NCBI GenBank assembly: GCA_020631275.1
Contig: JAHDHO010000001.1
Span: forward strand, 10,160 to 65,235
Source of the DNA: Polaribacter sp.
GTDB taxonomy: Bacteria > Bacteroidota > Bacteroidia > Flavobacteriales > Flavobacteriaceae
Direction of reading: 5' to 3'
Length of the DNA: 55,076 bases
Below, one piece after another: positions 8,650-17,973 of this stretch; position 1 is the stretch's first letter; every line of letters begins with the position of its first letter. A model generated the notes under the pieces. The model made no database searches, was not told the DNA's origin, and was given only the letters and a program-made list of their open reading frames with translations. Position numbers and translations under genes: made by a program.

Positions 8650-9351
8650 ATGAAATTAAAAAACATCTTTTTTACATTATTTTTTTTAACAAATTTAACA
8701 GCGCTATTTGGTCAAAATGGAATGATTACTTACAAAACAAAAAGAACTAAAATTCGTAAAACTTCAAATCCTGAAATGACTAGAAAAATTACGGAGGAAG
8801 TTAATAGAAGTTCATATGTTTTGCACTTTAATAAAGAAAAATCTTTTTTTGAAAAAGAAAAAAACATACCTCTTTACCCATTTGAATCAAAATTTGCTGA
8901 TATTTCTACAGGTGCCAACAAAAATTGGTATCAATTTAATGGTATTAATAAAGATGCTATGTATAATACAGAAATTTTAAGTAAACAATATATAGTTAAT
9001 GATAGCTCTAGAATGAAAGAATGGGAATTCTTTAATGAAATTAAAATTATTGATGGTTACACTTGCTATAAAGCAGTTAATAAAAAATTAAATACTAGAT
9101 CTGGTAATTATATGACTAATATTGCATGGTACACTACAGATATACCCCTGCCTTATGGCCCAATAGGTAATGGTGGTTTACCCGGATTAATTTTGAAATT
9201 AGAAATAGATAACTTTTATTATTTGGTTGATAAAATTATTTTAAATCCAAAAAAAATAAAAAAAATTCCTAGTATAAAAAAAGGAAAAAATATAGATGTA
9301 AATGAAAAAATAAGATTAATGAGAGATGCTAGAAAAGTTACTATAGACTAA
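8650..9351 (+). CDS. GLPGLI family protein (paralogue 2)
   Basis: Signal peptide ending LFG-Q; WEFFNEIKIIDGYTCYKA, AWYTTDIPLPYGP, GGLPGLILKL. Confidence 0.92.
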   Translation: MKLKNIFFTLFFLTNLTALFGQNGMITYKTKRTKIRKTSNPEMTRKITEEVNRSSYVLHFNKEKSFFEKEKNIPLYPFESKFADISTGANKNWYQFNGINKDAMYNTEILSKQYIVNDSSRMKEWEFFNEIKIIDGYTCYKAVNKKLNTRSGNYMTNIAWYTTDIPLPYGPIGNGGLPGLILKLEIDNFYYLVDKIILNPKKIKKIPSIKKGKNIDVNEKIRLMRDARKVTID

Positions 9352-9356
9352 AAATT

Positions 9357-11981
9357 ATGAAAAAACCACATCTAATTTTATTTTTTATATTAAACTTTTC
9401 TCTTGCTATATCCTCACAAATAGTAATAAAAGGTAAAATTTTAGATGAAAACAATAAACCATTAACTGGCGCAAATATTTTATTTTTCCCTACCAATAAA
9501 GGAAAATTAGCCCATAGTGTTAGTGATAATTTAGGCAATTATGCTTTATCGCTTACAAAGAACACAACTTATAATACATCTATAAGTTTTATGGGATTTA
9601 TAACTAAAAAAGAGGTTTTAACTACCCCAGAAAAAGACAGTATTATTAATTTTATTTTAAAGGAAGACCCCAATAAATTAGAAGAAATTGTAATTAAATA
9701 TAAAATTCCGGTAAGAATTAGAAAAGACACTACCACGTATAATACAGATGCGTTTACAAATGGTAAAGAACGTAAACTAAAACAAGTTTTAAAAAAATTA
9801 CCTGGCGTAGAAGTGGATAGAAAAGGCAATGTTACTGTAAAAGGTAAAAAAGTAACGACACTTTTAGTAGATAATAAAAAGTTTTTTACGGGAGACACAA
9901 AATTGGCAGTAAACAACATACCTGCAGATGTAATTGACAAAATAGATGTTATAGAAGATTATCATGAAAATGCTTTTATGAAAGGTTTAGAAAAATCTGA
10001 TGAAATTGCTATGAACATAAGCTTAAAAGAAGACAAAAAAAAGTTTGTGTTTGGAGATATAGAGGCAGGTTTAGGTATTAAAAACAGATATGTTTTACAT
10101 CCTGCAATTTTTAAATATAGCCCAAAAACTAATTATAGTTTTATTGGAGATTTTAACAATACCAACAGAAAATCTTTTACTTTAAGAGATTATATAAATT
10201 TTGATGGTGGTTTAGACATGAATAACTTAAAAGAAGTTATTCAATCTCCGGTTGTAAAATTATTACGAAATCAAAATTTTACAGCTAGTAAACACAAATT
10301 TGCTGGTTTTAATGTGCAACATGCTAAAAATGAAAAACTGAGTATAAGTTCTTTTTTAATTGCACTATCAGATAAAACAAATGGTCGTGTAGAAAATTTC
10401 AGAAATTATTTAATAGATAATATTACCGAAAGATTAACCGAAGATGAAAGCAATAATCAGAATTTATTCTTAGGAAAAATACAATTCTTATACAAGCCAG
10501 AAGAAAACACAAGAATTAAATATTATACTAAATTTGAAACCACTTCGATAAACCAAACTATCGAAAACAATAGAGATTTAGCTAATTCTGTAATAAACTT
10601 TAATGAAAATAATTTAATTAATTCTGATAAAATAAATTCTCATTTAAAAGCAGAAAAAAAGTTTTCTACCTACCATACATCTCAAGCAATTGTAAATTTT
10701 AATTTTAATAAAATTGATGATTCCACAAATTGGTTAACAAACACTAATATTTTCCCTAATAATATTCCTATCAATGAGAAAGAAAGTATAAATGTTCTAA
10801 AAAAATCTTCAAGTGAAAAGTTTGAATATAATGCTGCCCTAAAACACTTTTGGATATTAGACAACGTAAATCACCTTTACTTTAATGTGGGTAATAATTA
10901 CGAACAAAATAAATTTAAAAGTAATTTATTACAAAATAATATAGCTTTTAGTAATTTCTCTAATAATTTAGAACACAATCAATTTACAATTTTTACTAGT
11001 ATTTTATATAAAAAATTAATTGGTGATGCTATTTTTACTGCTGAATTAAAATATCAAAATTACTACAGAACAACTTCAGATATTAATAATAGCTCTTATC
11101 AATCTAATTTACTACTTCCTAAAATTGAAATGGATTGGGACATTACCAATAGAAAAAAGCTAATTTTTAAATACAATCTTACAAATACATTTCCTAGCAC
11201 AAGACAATTAATTTCTAATAACATTTTAAATAATTACAATAATATATATACAGGAAATTCGGATTTAAAAGAAACTTTTTATCACTTTATAAGTTTAAGC
11301 TATAGAAATTACAAAACCTACGGTTGGAGTTTTTACCCAAGTATTTATTATAAAATAAGAAATAATCAAGTTCAGAATATTTTTAATACTTCAACTATTT
11401 TTAATGTTATAAACCCTATTAACATTGATACTCCTAACAAATCTTTAACTACCAATTTTAGAGTTGTATATAATTATAAATACTGGAAAGCTACTGTATT
11501 AACAGAATATACAAATTCAAATTACGCAACATTTATCAATAATAATAAAATTAAATCCAACAACAATTCATTTATAACAAGAGCTAGTTTTAGAACTGTA
11601 TATGACAATAAACCAAATGTAGATTTTTCATATTCTCAAACACATAAAGACAACACAAACTCTTTATTTAGTGCAATCTCTAATTTATCTGATTTAGATG
11701 TTGCTGTAGATTATGAGTACGAAAATTGGAAATTTAAAACTGAATATTTGCATAATTTTTATAAAAATAATGCTACTAGAAATACCAATTCATTTAACGA
11801 ATTAAATGCTTCTATTTTTTATCAAAAAGAAAACAGTCCTTGGGGATTTGAACTATTAGGTACAAATATTGGCAATAATATTTCTAAATTAAATTCTACT
11901 TTGTCTTCAAATTTATTTTCTGAAAGAAGAACTCTTGTTTTCCCTAGAACATTTGTCGTAAAAGCAATCTACAAATTGTGA
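9357..11981 (+). CDS. outer-membrane beta-barrel protein with carboxypeptidase-regulatory-like domain and TonB-receptor-like plug
   Basis: Signal ending SS-Q; IKGKILD..PLTGANI...ISFMGF; LEEIVI; KDTTTY; LKKLPGVEVD plug; NNIPADVIDKIDVI; alternating beta-strands; C-terminus PRTFVVKAIYKL. Confidence 0.85.
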   Translation: MKKPHLILFFILNFSLAISSQIVIKGKILDENNKPLTGANILFFPTNKGKLAHSVSDNLGNYALSLTKNTTYNTSISFMGFITKKEVLTTPEKDSIINFILKEDPNKLEEIVIKYKIPVRIRKDTTTYNTDAFTNGKERKLKQVLKKLPGVEVDRKGNVTVKGKKVTTLLVDNKKFFTGDTKLAVNNIPADVIDKIDVIEDYHENAFMKGLEKSDEIAMNISLKEDKKKFVFGDIEAGLGIKNRYVLHPAIFKYSPKTNYSFIGDFNNTNRKSFTLRDYINFDGGLDMNNLKEVIQSPVVKLLRNQNFTASKHKFAGFNVQHAKNEKLSISSFLIALSDKTNGRVENFRNYLIDNITERLTEDESNNQNLFLGKIQFLYKPEENTRIKYYTKFETTSINQTIENNRDLANSVINFNENNLINSDKINSHLKAEKKFSTYHTSQAIVNFNFNKIDDSTNWLTNTNIFPNNIPINEKESINVLKKSSSEKFEYNAALKHFWILDNVNHLYFNVGNNYEQNKFKSNLLQNNIAFSNFSNNLEHNQFTIFTSILYKKLIGDAIFTAELKYQNYYRTTSDINNSSYQSNLLLPKIEMDWDITNRKKLIFKYNLTNTFPSTRQLISNNILNNYNNIYTGNSDLKETFYHFISLSYRNYKTYGWSFYPSIYYKIRNNQVQNIFNTSTIFNVINPINIDTPNKSLTTNFRVVYNYKYWKATVLTEYTNSNYATFINNNKIKSNNNSFITRASFRTVYDNKPNVDFSYSQTHKDNTNSLFSAISNLSDLDVAVDYEYENWKFKTEYLHNFYKNNATRNTNSFNELNASIFYQKENSPWGFELLGTNIGNNISKLNSTLSSNLFSERRTLVFPRTFVVKAIYKL

Positions 11982-12036
11982 TTTTGTAAATCTGTAACTC
12001 AAAATCTTATTTCTATTAAAAGTTCTAAAATCTGTT

Positions 12037-13944
12037 TTACAATCGATTATCAATAATACTTTGCACAACTTCCGGGTTTAACAATGTACTTATATCGCCT
12101 AAATTATCCATTTCATTAGCAGCAATTTTTCTTAAAATACGACGCATAATTTTTCCTGAACGTGTTTTTGGCAATCCTTCAGAAAACTGAATTTTATCTA
12201 ATTTTGCGATTGGCCCAATTCGGTCTGCAATTAATTGATTGATTTCTTTTTTAAGATTATCATGATTTCTATATTCTCCGGCATCCTTTAAAGTAATATA
12301 ACCGTATAAAGCGCTTCCTTTAATATCGTGCGGAAAACCAACAATTGCACTTTCTGCAACTGCAGGATGCTCGTTAATTGCATCTTCTATTGGAGCGGTT
12401 CCTAAATTATGACCAGAAACAATAATAACATCATCTACTCTACCTGTAATTCGGTAATAACCAACTTCATCTCTTAAAGCTCCATCGCCCGTAAAATAAT
12501 TATTTTCGAAAGCAGAAAAATAAGTTTCTTTGTATCGCTGATGATTTCCCCAAATGGTTCTCGCAATACTTGGCCAAGGAAATTTTATACACAACCTTCC
12601 TTCTACTTGATTCCCTTTTAATTCTTGTCCGTTTTCATCCATTAAAGCTGGTTGAATACCTATAAAGGGTAATGTTGCATAGGTTGGTTTTGTTGGTGTA
12701 ACATACGGAATTGGAGTAATCATGATTCCGCCAGTTTCTGTTTGCCACCAAGAATCTATAATCGGACTTTTCTTTTTACCAACATTGTCATTATACCAAT
12801 GCCATGCTTCTTCATTTATAGGTTCTCCTACAGATCCTAAAACTTTTAGAGAAGATAAATCGTATTTATCTACAAATTCTGTTCCTTGCTTTGCTAACGC
12901 TCTAATTGCTGTTGGCGCTGTATAAAACTGATTTATTTTATGCTTTTCTACAATTTGCCAAAACCTACCAAAATCTGGATAACTTGGCACGCCTTCAAAC
13001 ATAACTGTAGTTGCTCCGTTTGCTAAAGGCCCATAAACAATATAAGAATGTCCGGTAATCCAACCAATATCTGCAGTACACCAATACACATCATTTTCTC
13101 TATATTGAAATACATTTTTAAAAGTATAAGCGGTGTAAACCATATAACCTGCTGTTGTATGTACCATTCCTTTAGGCTTTCCTGTAGAACCAGAAGTATA
13201 TAAAATAAATAAAGGATCTTCTGCATTCATTATTTCTGCTTCACAGTCTTCAGGCGCGCAATCTAGTAAAGGTTGCAACCATTTATCTCGACCATCTTTC
13301 ATGTTAATGTCTGAATTAATTCTTTTTGCAACTAAAACAGTATCTACACAAGCACAGTTTTCTAAAGCTTCATCTACAATTCCTTTTAAGTCTATGGTTT
13401 TTGCACCTCTATAAGATCCATCTGATGTAATTACTAATTTGCAATCAGAATCATTTATTCTTGTTGCTAAAGCTGTTGCAGAAAAACCTGCAAAAACAAC
13501 AGAATGAATGGCACCAATTCTAGCACAAGCCAAGGTTGCAATAGCCAATTCAGGAATCATAGGTACATAAATACATACTCTATCTCCTTTTTTAATTCCG
13601 TTTTCTTTTAAAACATTTGCAAACTTATTTACTCTTTTATATAGATCTTTATAAGTAATATGTTCTGATGGTTCATTTGGGTTGTTTGGTTCAAATAAAA
13701 TAGCCGTTTTATCTCCTCTAGTTGCCAAATGCCTGTCAATACAATTTTCTGTAATATTTAATTGAGCGCCCTGAAACCATTTTATCTCTGGTTTAGAAAA
13801 ATCCCATTCTAAAACTTTATCCCATTTTTTTCGCCAAACAAAATGTTCTTCTGCAATTTCTTCCCAAAAATTTTCTGGTTCTCTAACAGATTTTCTATAA
13901 ACTTGATAATATTCTTCTAAATGTTTAATGTGATAATTGCTCAT
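12037..13944 (-). CDS. acs: acetyl-CoA synthetase (acetate--CoA ligase)
   Basis: YTSGSTGKPKG, WWQTETGG, TGDGA, GRVDDV, LPKTRSGKIMRR. Confidence 0.98.
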   Translation of the reverse strand: MSNYHIKHLEEYYQVYRKSVREPENFWEEIAEEHFVWRKKWDKVLEWDFSKPEIKWFQGAQLNITENCIDRHLATRGDKTAILFEPNNPNEPSEHITYKDLYKRVNKFANVLKENGIKKGDRVCIYVPMIPELAIATLACARIGAIHSVVFAGFSATALATRINDSDCKLVITSDGSYRGAKTIDLKGIVDEALENCACVDTVLVAKRINSDINMKDGRDKWLQPLLDCAPEDCEAEIMNAEDPLFILYTSGSTGKPKGMVHTTAGYMVYTAYTFKNVFQYRENDVYWCTADIGWITGHSYIVYGPLANGATTVMFEGVPSYPDFGRFWQIVEKHKINQFYTAPTAIRALAKQGTEFVDKYDLSSLKVLGSVGEPINEEAWHWYNDNVGKKKSPIIDSWWQTETGGIMITPIPYVTPTKPTYATLPFIGIQPALMDENGQELKGNQVEGRLCIKFPWPSIARTIWGNHQRYKETYFSAFENNYFTGDGALRDEVGYYRITGRVDDVIIVSGHNLGTAPIEDAINEHPAVAESAIVGFPHDIKGSALYGYITLKDAGEYRNHDNLKKEINQLIADRIGPIAKLDKIQFSEGLPKTRSGKIMRRILRKIAANEMDNLGDISTLLNPEVVQSIIDNRL

Positions 13945-13997
13945 AATTACTTTTATAGATTGTAAGGTATATAAAAATAGAAAATTATATTTGCTTT

Positions 13998-14780
13998 ATG
14001 GATATTCAAATCATTTTTGAATCAATTTTATTTAATTGGCATCTAATTTCGCTGTTTTTTATAGTTGCAGTTCTATATTCTTCTGTTGGTTTTGGTGGTG
14101 GTTCTAGTTATTTGGCAATTTTAGCACTTACAGGAATCGTTTTTACACAAATTAGAGCAACTGCTCTTTTATGTAATATTGTTGTGGTATCTGGTAATGT
14201 ATTTTTCTTTATTCAACAAAAAAAACTAAATTTAAAGAAAGTAATTCCGCTTGTTTTACTTAGTATTCCCTTTGCTTTTTTAGGAGGAAAACTAAAAATA
14301 AGTCAGCATCTTTTTTTTATACTATTAGGCTTTACATTGCTTTTTGCAGCAATAACCATGTGGCTTTCAAAAAAAATAGTTTCTTCAAATGAAGATAAAA
14401 ACAAGTCTAAAACTATTAAAAATATAAGTTTTGGCGGATTTATTGGTTTTATCTCTGGAATGGTTGGTATTGGAGGTGGTATTTTTTTAGCGCCACTTTT
14501 ACACCTTACAAATTGGGATACTCCAAAGAAAATAGCAGCTACAGCAAGTCTTTTTATTTTGGTAAACTCTATTGCTGGTTTGATTGGACAATATTCTAAT
14601 CCTGATTTTAATATCGATTGGAATTTGACTTCAATTTTATTACTTACCGTTTTTATAGGTGGCCAAATAGGCAGTAGAATTAGTAACAACTTCTTAACTC
14701 CTATTCAATTAAAAAAGGCAACTGCAATATTAATTGCCTTTGTTAGTATTAGAATTTTGGTTAAATATTTATTTACCTAA
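13998..14780 (+). CDS. TauE/SafE family (TSUP) transporter
   Basis: Two repeats, SSVGFGGG and GMVGIGGGIF; multi-TM. Confidence 0.9.
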   Translation: MDIQIIFESILFNWHLISLFFIVAVLYSSVGFGGGSSYLAILALTGIVFTQIRATALLCNIVVVSGNVFFFIQQKKLNLKKVIPLVLLSIPFAFLGGKLKISQHLFFILLGFTLLFAAITMWLSKKIVSSNEDKNKSKTIKNISFGGFIGFISGMVGIGGGIFLAPLLHLTNWDTPKKIAATASLFILVNSIAGLIGQYSNPDFNIDWNLTSILLLTVFIGGQIGSRISNNFLTPIQLKKATAILIAFVSIRILVKYLFT

Positions 14781-14835
14781 AAGTAAATTGTTAAAAGTAT
14801 ATTGAATATTAATTGTGTATTTTCTACAATCCAAA

Positions 14836-14843
14836 TATATTTG
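14836..14843 (+). promoter_or_regulatory. -7 promoter element for the TerC gene
   Basis: TATATTTG, 30 nt before the ATG. Confidence 0.5.
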
Positions 14844-14873
14844 AACTTCATACTTATTAAACAATAAAAAACT

Positions 14874-15674
14874 ATGATAGAAGTAATTTTTACATTAATT
14901 ATGCTTGTACTTTTACAAGCGGTTCTTGGTTTTGACAACCTACTTTATATTTCTTTAGAATCTAAAAAAGCACCTGTAGCAGATCAAAAAAAAGTTAGAA
15001 AAACAGGAATCTTAATTGCCATTGTTTTAAGAATCGTTTTACTTTTTGTACTGGTTTCTATCATCGATTTTTTTCAAGAACCTTTTTCTTTTTTAACAGG
15101 TGAAATTAAAGATGTTGTTCATTTTGAATTTAACGGACACAGCATCATTGTTTTATTAGGTGGCGGTTTTATAATCTATACGGCTATAAAAGAAATTTGG
15201 CACATGATTGGTACTACCAATTTAGATGATGATATTGAAGGAGACTCTAAAAGAGCTAAATCTGCTAATGCAGTTATAACAAGTATTGTAATTATGAATC
15301 TTGTTTTTTCTTTCGACTCTATTTTAGCTGCTATCGGTTTAACTAGTGAAATCGAAAATTCTACAACTGCTTTTATTGTAATGGCAATTGCTATAGTTAT
15401 TAGTGGTTTGTTAATGTTGTTTTTAGCTGATAGAATTTCTAGCTTTTTAGCAAAAAACAGAATGTACGAGGTATTGGGTTTATTTATTCTTTTTATTGTA
15501 GGAATAATGTTAGTTACAGAAGGCGGACATTTAGCACATATTAAACTTTTTGGCAACGAAATTGTACCAATGAGTAAAACTACTTTTTACTTTGTTTTAG
15601 CGGTATTAGTAATTGTTGATGTAGTGCAAGGAAAATATCAGAAAAAATTATTAGCTGCACAAAAGAAGCAATAA
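14874..15674 (+). CDS. TerC family membrane protein
   Basis: LQAVLGFDNLLYI and NLVFSFDSILAA motifs. Confidence 0.92.
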   Translation: MIEVIFTLIMLVLLQAVLGFDNLLYISLESKKAPVADQKKVRKTGILIAIVLRIVLLFVLVSIIDFFQEPFSFLTGEIKDVVHFEFNGHSIIVLLGGGFIIYTAIKEIWHMIGTTNLDDDIEGDSKRAKSANAVITSIVIMNLVFSFDSILAAIGLTSEIENSTTAFIVMAIAIVISGLLMLFLADRISSFLAKNRMYEVLGLFILFIVGIMLVTEGGHLAHIKLFGNEIVPMSKTTFYFVLAVLVIVDVVQGKYQKKLLAAQKKQ

Positions 15675-15691
15675 TTTAAAATTTATATGTT

Positions 15692-15727
15692 AAAAAAGGT
15701 GTTTGTAAAATTACTAACACCTTTTTT
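15692..15727. terminator. bidirectional intrinsic terminator
   Basis: AAAAAAGGTGTT...AACACCTTTTTT between convergent genes. Confidence 0.8.
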
Positions 15728-16092
15728 TAAATTTCATCTAAGCTATCTTGAATTCTTTGCACAATTATCTGTAAAATTCTTCTATTTAATTCTGATGAAT
15801 TTTCATCGAAAAACGCATATTCTTCCATCGAAAAATCTCCAATAATTAAACCTAGATTTAGGTTTTTAAAATTGATATCTTTTGTGAAAATAGCCTTTAC
15901 TCTACTTCTTTTCTTTTGAGCTGTTAAAACAGAAAAATCAATTTTTCTTTTCTTTAAATAACTCTTAAAAAATGCAACTAACAAATTGTGTTGCATCTTA
16001 ATAACTGGCCTTAAAGTTTTATTTTGAAAAACTTCTGCTTCAGACATATTATCTGTTATTAAATTTTCTAATACAGGTCTTGTTCTACTCAT
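15727..16092 (-). CDS. conserved Bacteroidota hypothetical protein (often labelled glyoxalase)
   Basis: E.FQNKTLRPVIKMQH motif; no VOC metal ligands evident. Confidence 0.7.
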   Translation of the reverse strand: MSRTRPVLENLITDNMSEAEVFQNKTLRPVIKMQHNLLVAFFKSYLKKRKIDFSVLTAQKKRSRVKAIFTKDINFKNLNLGLIIGDFSMEEYAFFDENSSELNRRILQIIVQRIQDSLDEI

Positions 16093-16567
16093 TTTCTAAT
16101 AATTCGTTTAATTCTAATTGAAAATCGTATTGTAAATCTTCGTGCAGTTTTTCTATCGCTTTTTTTATCATTCTTACCTGTGTATCAAAAACACTTTGCA
16201 GACGTGTACTTCTGTTTATTGACGGTTTAAAAGCTTTTAATTTTTTACAAAAATACAGCAACAATTCTACTTCTGTTTCTTTTTTCTTAGAATAACGTAT
16301 GTGTTTTTTTATTGATGTTAATATTTTTCTAACACTTTTTCTAATATAAAAAAAACTCTTAGTGTTAATCTCGCTAAACTGCATATCTACCTCTTCTTTT
16401 ATAGTTGCTATAAATGATTCTTCATCATGAGATTCGAATAACAAATAGGCAAGCAATTCTTTATTTTCTTTTTTAAACCGAGCTAAATGCAGGCATAAAT
16501 CTTTTAAATCTGAGGCAGATTTATGAGACAATTCATCTTTAAGTTGCTTAATAGTAACTGCTTTCAT
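16085..16567 (-). CDS. conserved Bacteroidota hypothetical protein
   Basis: Preferred ATG at 16567 (MKAVTIKQLKDEL); LARFKKENKELLAYLLF and LHEDLQYD motifs; overlaps the next gene by 8 nt. Confidence 0.75.
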   Translation of the reverse strand: MKAVTIKQLKDELSHKSASDLKDLCLHLARFKKENKELLAYLLFESHDEESFIATIKEEVDMQFSEINTKSFFYIRKSVRKILTSIKKHIRYSKKKETEVELLLYFCKKLKAFKPSINRSTRLQSVFDTQVRMIKKAIEKLHEDLQYDFQLELNELLENE

Positions 16568-16666
16568 AAGTTTTAAAAAATTTAACCACAAGATAAAAAA
16601 ACAATACCTCACAAAATTAAATTGCAAGGTATTATTAATCAAATTTAACCAATAAATTGGCTATTA

Positions 16667-17854
16667 TTATTTAATACTTGGTATTTCTACCACTTCATTT
16701 ACATCTGCGTCGTAATCTACTCCGTCTACTTTAAACCCGAATAAATTAAAAAACTCGTCGCTGTAACCTTTTAAATCTCCAATTTCAGCTAAATTTTCTG
16801 ATGTTGCATCTTTCCAAAGTTCAGCAATTTTGGCTTGTACTTCTTCTTTCATTTCTAAATCATCAATTCTAATTCTACCTTTTTCATCTAAAGCTAAATC
16901 ACCACCAAACAAACGTTCGCTATACAAACGCTGAATTTGTTCGATACAGCCTTCGTGAGTTCCGTTTTCTTTCATTATTTTAAATAATAAAGATATGTAT
17001 AAAGGAATTACAGGTATTGCCGAACTTGCTTGTGTAACCAAAGCTTTATTAACAGAAACATAGGCATTACCATTTATTGCTTTTAAATCTTCTGCAATTG
17101 TAAAAGCCGTTGCTTCTAAATGATCTTTTGCAGCACCAATTGTTCCGTTTCTATAAACTGGTTTTGTAACTTCTGGGCCAATGTAAGAATAAGCAACTGT
17201 TGTAGCGCCTTCTGCCAATAAATTTTCTTTGCTTAGAGCATCCATCCACATTTTCCAATCTTCACCACCCATTACGGTTACTGTATTTTCTACATCTTCT
17301 CCTTCTGCAGGATTTATAGAAATTTCTGACACTATACCTGTATGAAAATCTACAGTTTTATTTGTAAAAACTTCTCCGATTGGTTTTAATACAGATTTAA
17401 ATCTTTTACCTGTATTTGGGTGTTTTCTTACTGGTGATGCTAAACTGTAAATTACTAAATCTACTTGTCCTAAATCTTCTTTAATTAGATTTACAACTTC
17501 TTCTTTTATTTCATTAGAAAATGCATCGCCATTAATACTTTTTGCATACAAACCTGCTTTATGTGCATGTTTTTCAAATGCGGCAGTATTGTAATATCCT
17601 GGTGAACCTGGTCTTCCTTCTGTAGCTGGCTTGTCAAAGAAAACACCAATTGTTGCAGCATCAGAACCAAATGCACTTGTAATTCTAGATGCTAAACCAA
17701 AACCTGTAGAGGCACCAATTACCAATACTTTTTTTGCTCCGTCGATTTTTCCTTTTGATTTTATATACTCTATTTGATTGATTACGTTCTGCTCACAACC
17801 TGTTGGGTGAGATGTTAAACATATAAATCCTCTTGTTCTTGGTTCTATAATCAT
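16667..17854 (-). CDS. fabV: enoyl-ACP reductase FabV / trans-2-enoyl-CoA reductase
   Basis: RGFICLTSHPTGC, VLVIGASTGFGLASRI, YSLASP, YSYIGP, Y..GTIGAAK, ALVTQASSAIP. Confidence 0.95.
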   Translation of the reverse strand: MIIEPRTRGFICLTSHPTGCEQNVINQIEYIKSKGKIDGAKKVLVIGASTGFGLASRITSAFGSDAATIGVFFDKPATEGRPGSPGYYNTAAFEKHAHKAGLYAKSINGDAFSNEIKEEVVNLIKEDLGQVDLVIYSLASPVRKHPNTGKRFKSVLKPIGEVFTNKTVDFHTGIVSEISINPAEGEDVENTVTVMGGEDWKMWMDALSKENLLAEGATTVAYSYIGPEVTKPVYRNGTIGAAKDHLEATAFTIAEDLKAINGNAYVSVNKALVTQASSAIPVIPLYISLLFKIMKENGTHEGCIEQIQRLYSERLFGGDLALDEKGRIRIDDLEMKEEVQAKIAELWKDATSENLAEIGDLKGYSDEFFNLFGFKVDGVDYDADVNEVVEIPSIK

Positions 17855-17973
17855 TTGTTGTTTGTTTGTTCTCTATGTTATAGTTGATTAAAATTTAAAT
17901 CACTCGAATTGACATAATTACTGCCTAAACGAGTGAATTTGTTTACTTTTTATCGAACTAAATTCGAGATGAT

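Noticed and set aside
7689-11981. Cassette as a classical RiPP/bacteriocin cluster
   Set aside because: No LanB/C/M, radical SAM, YcaO or C39-peptidase transporter, and no double-Gly leader.
14874-15674. Tellurite-resistance island
   Set aside because: Lone TerC-family gene without other ter genes.
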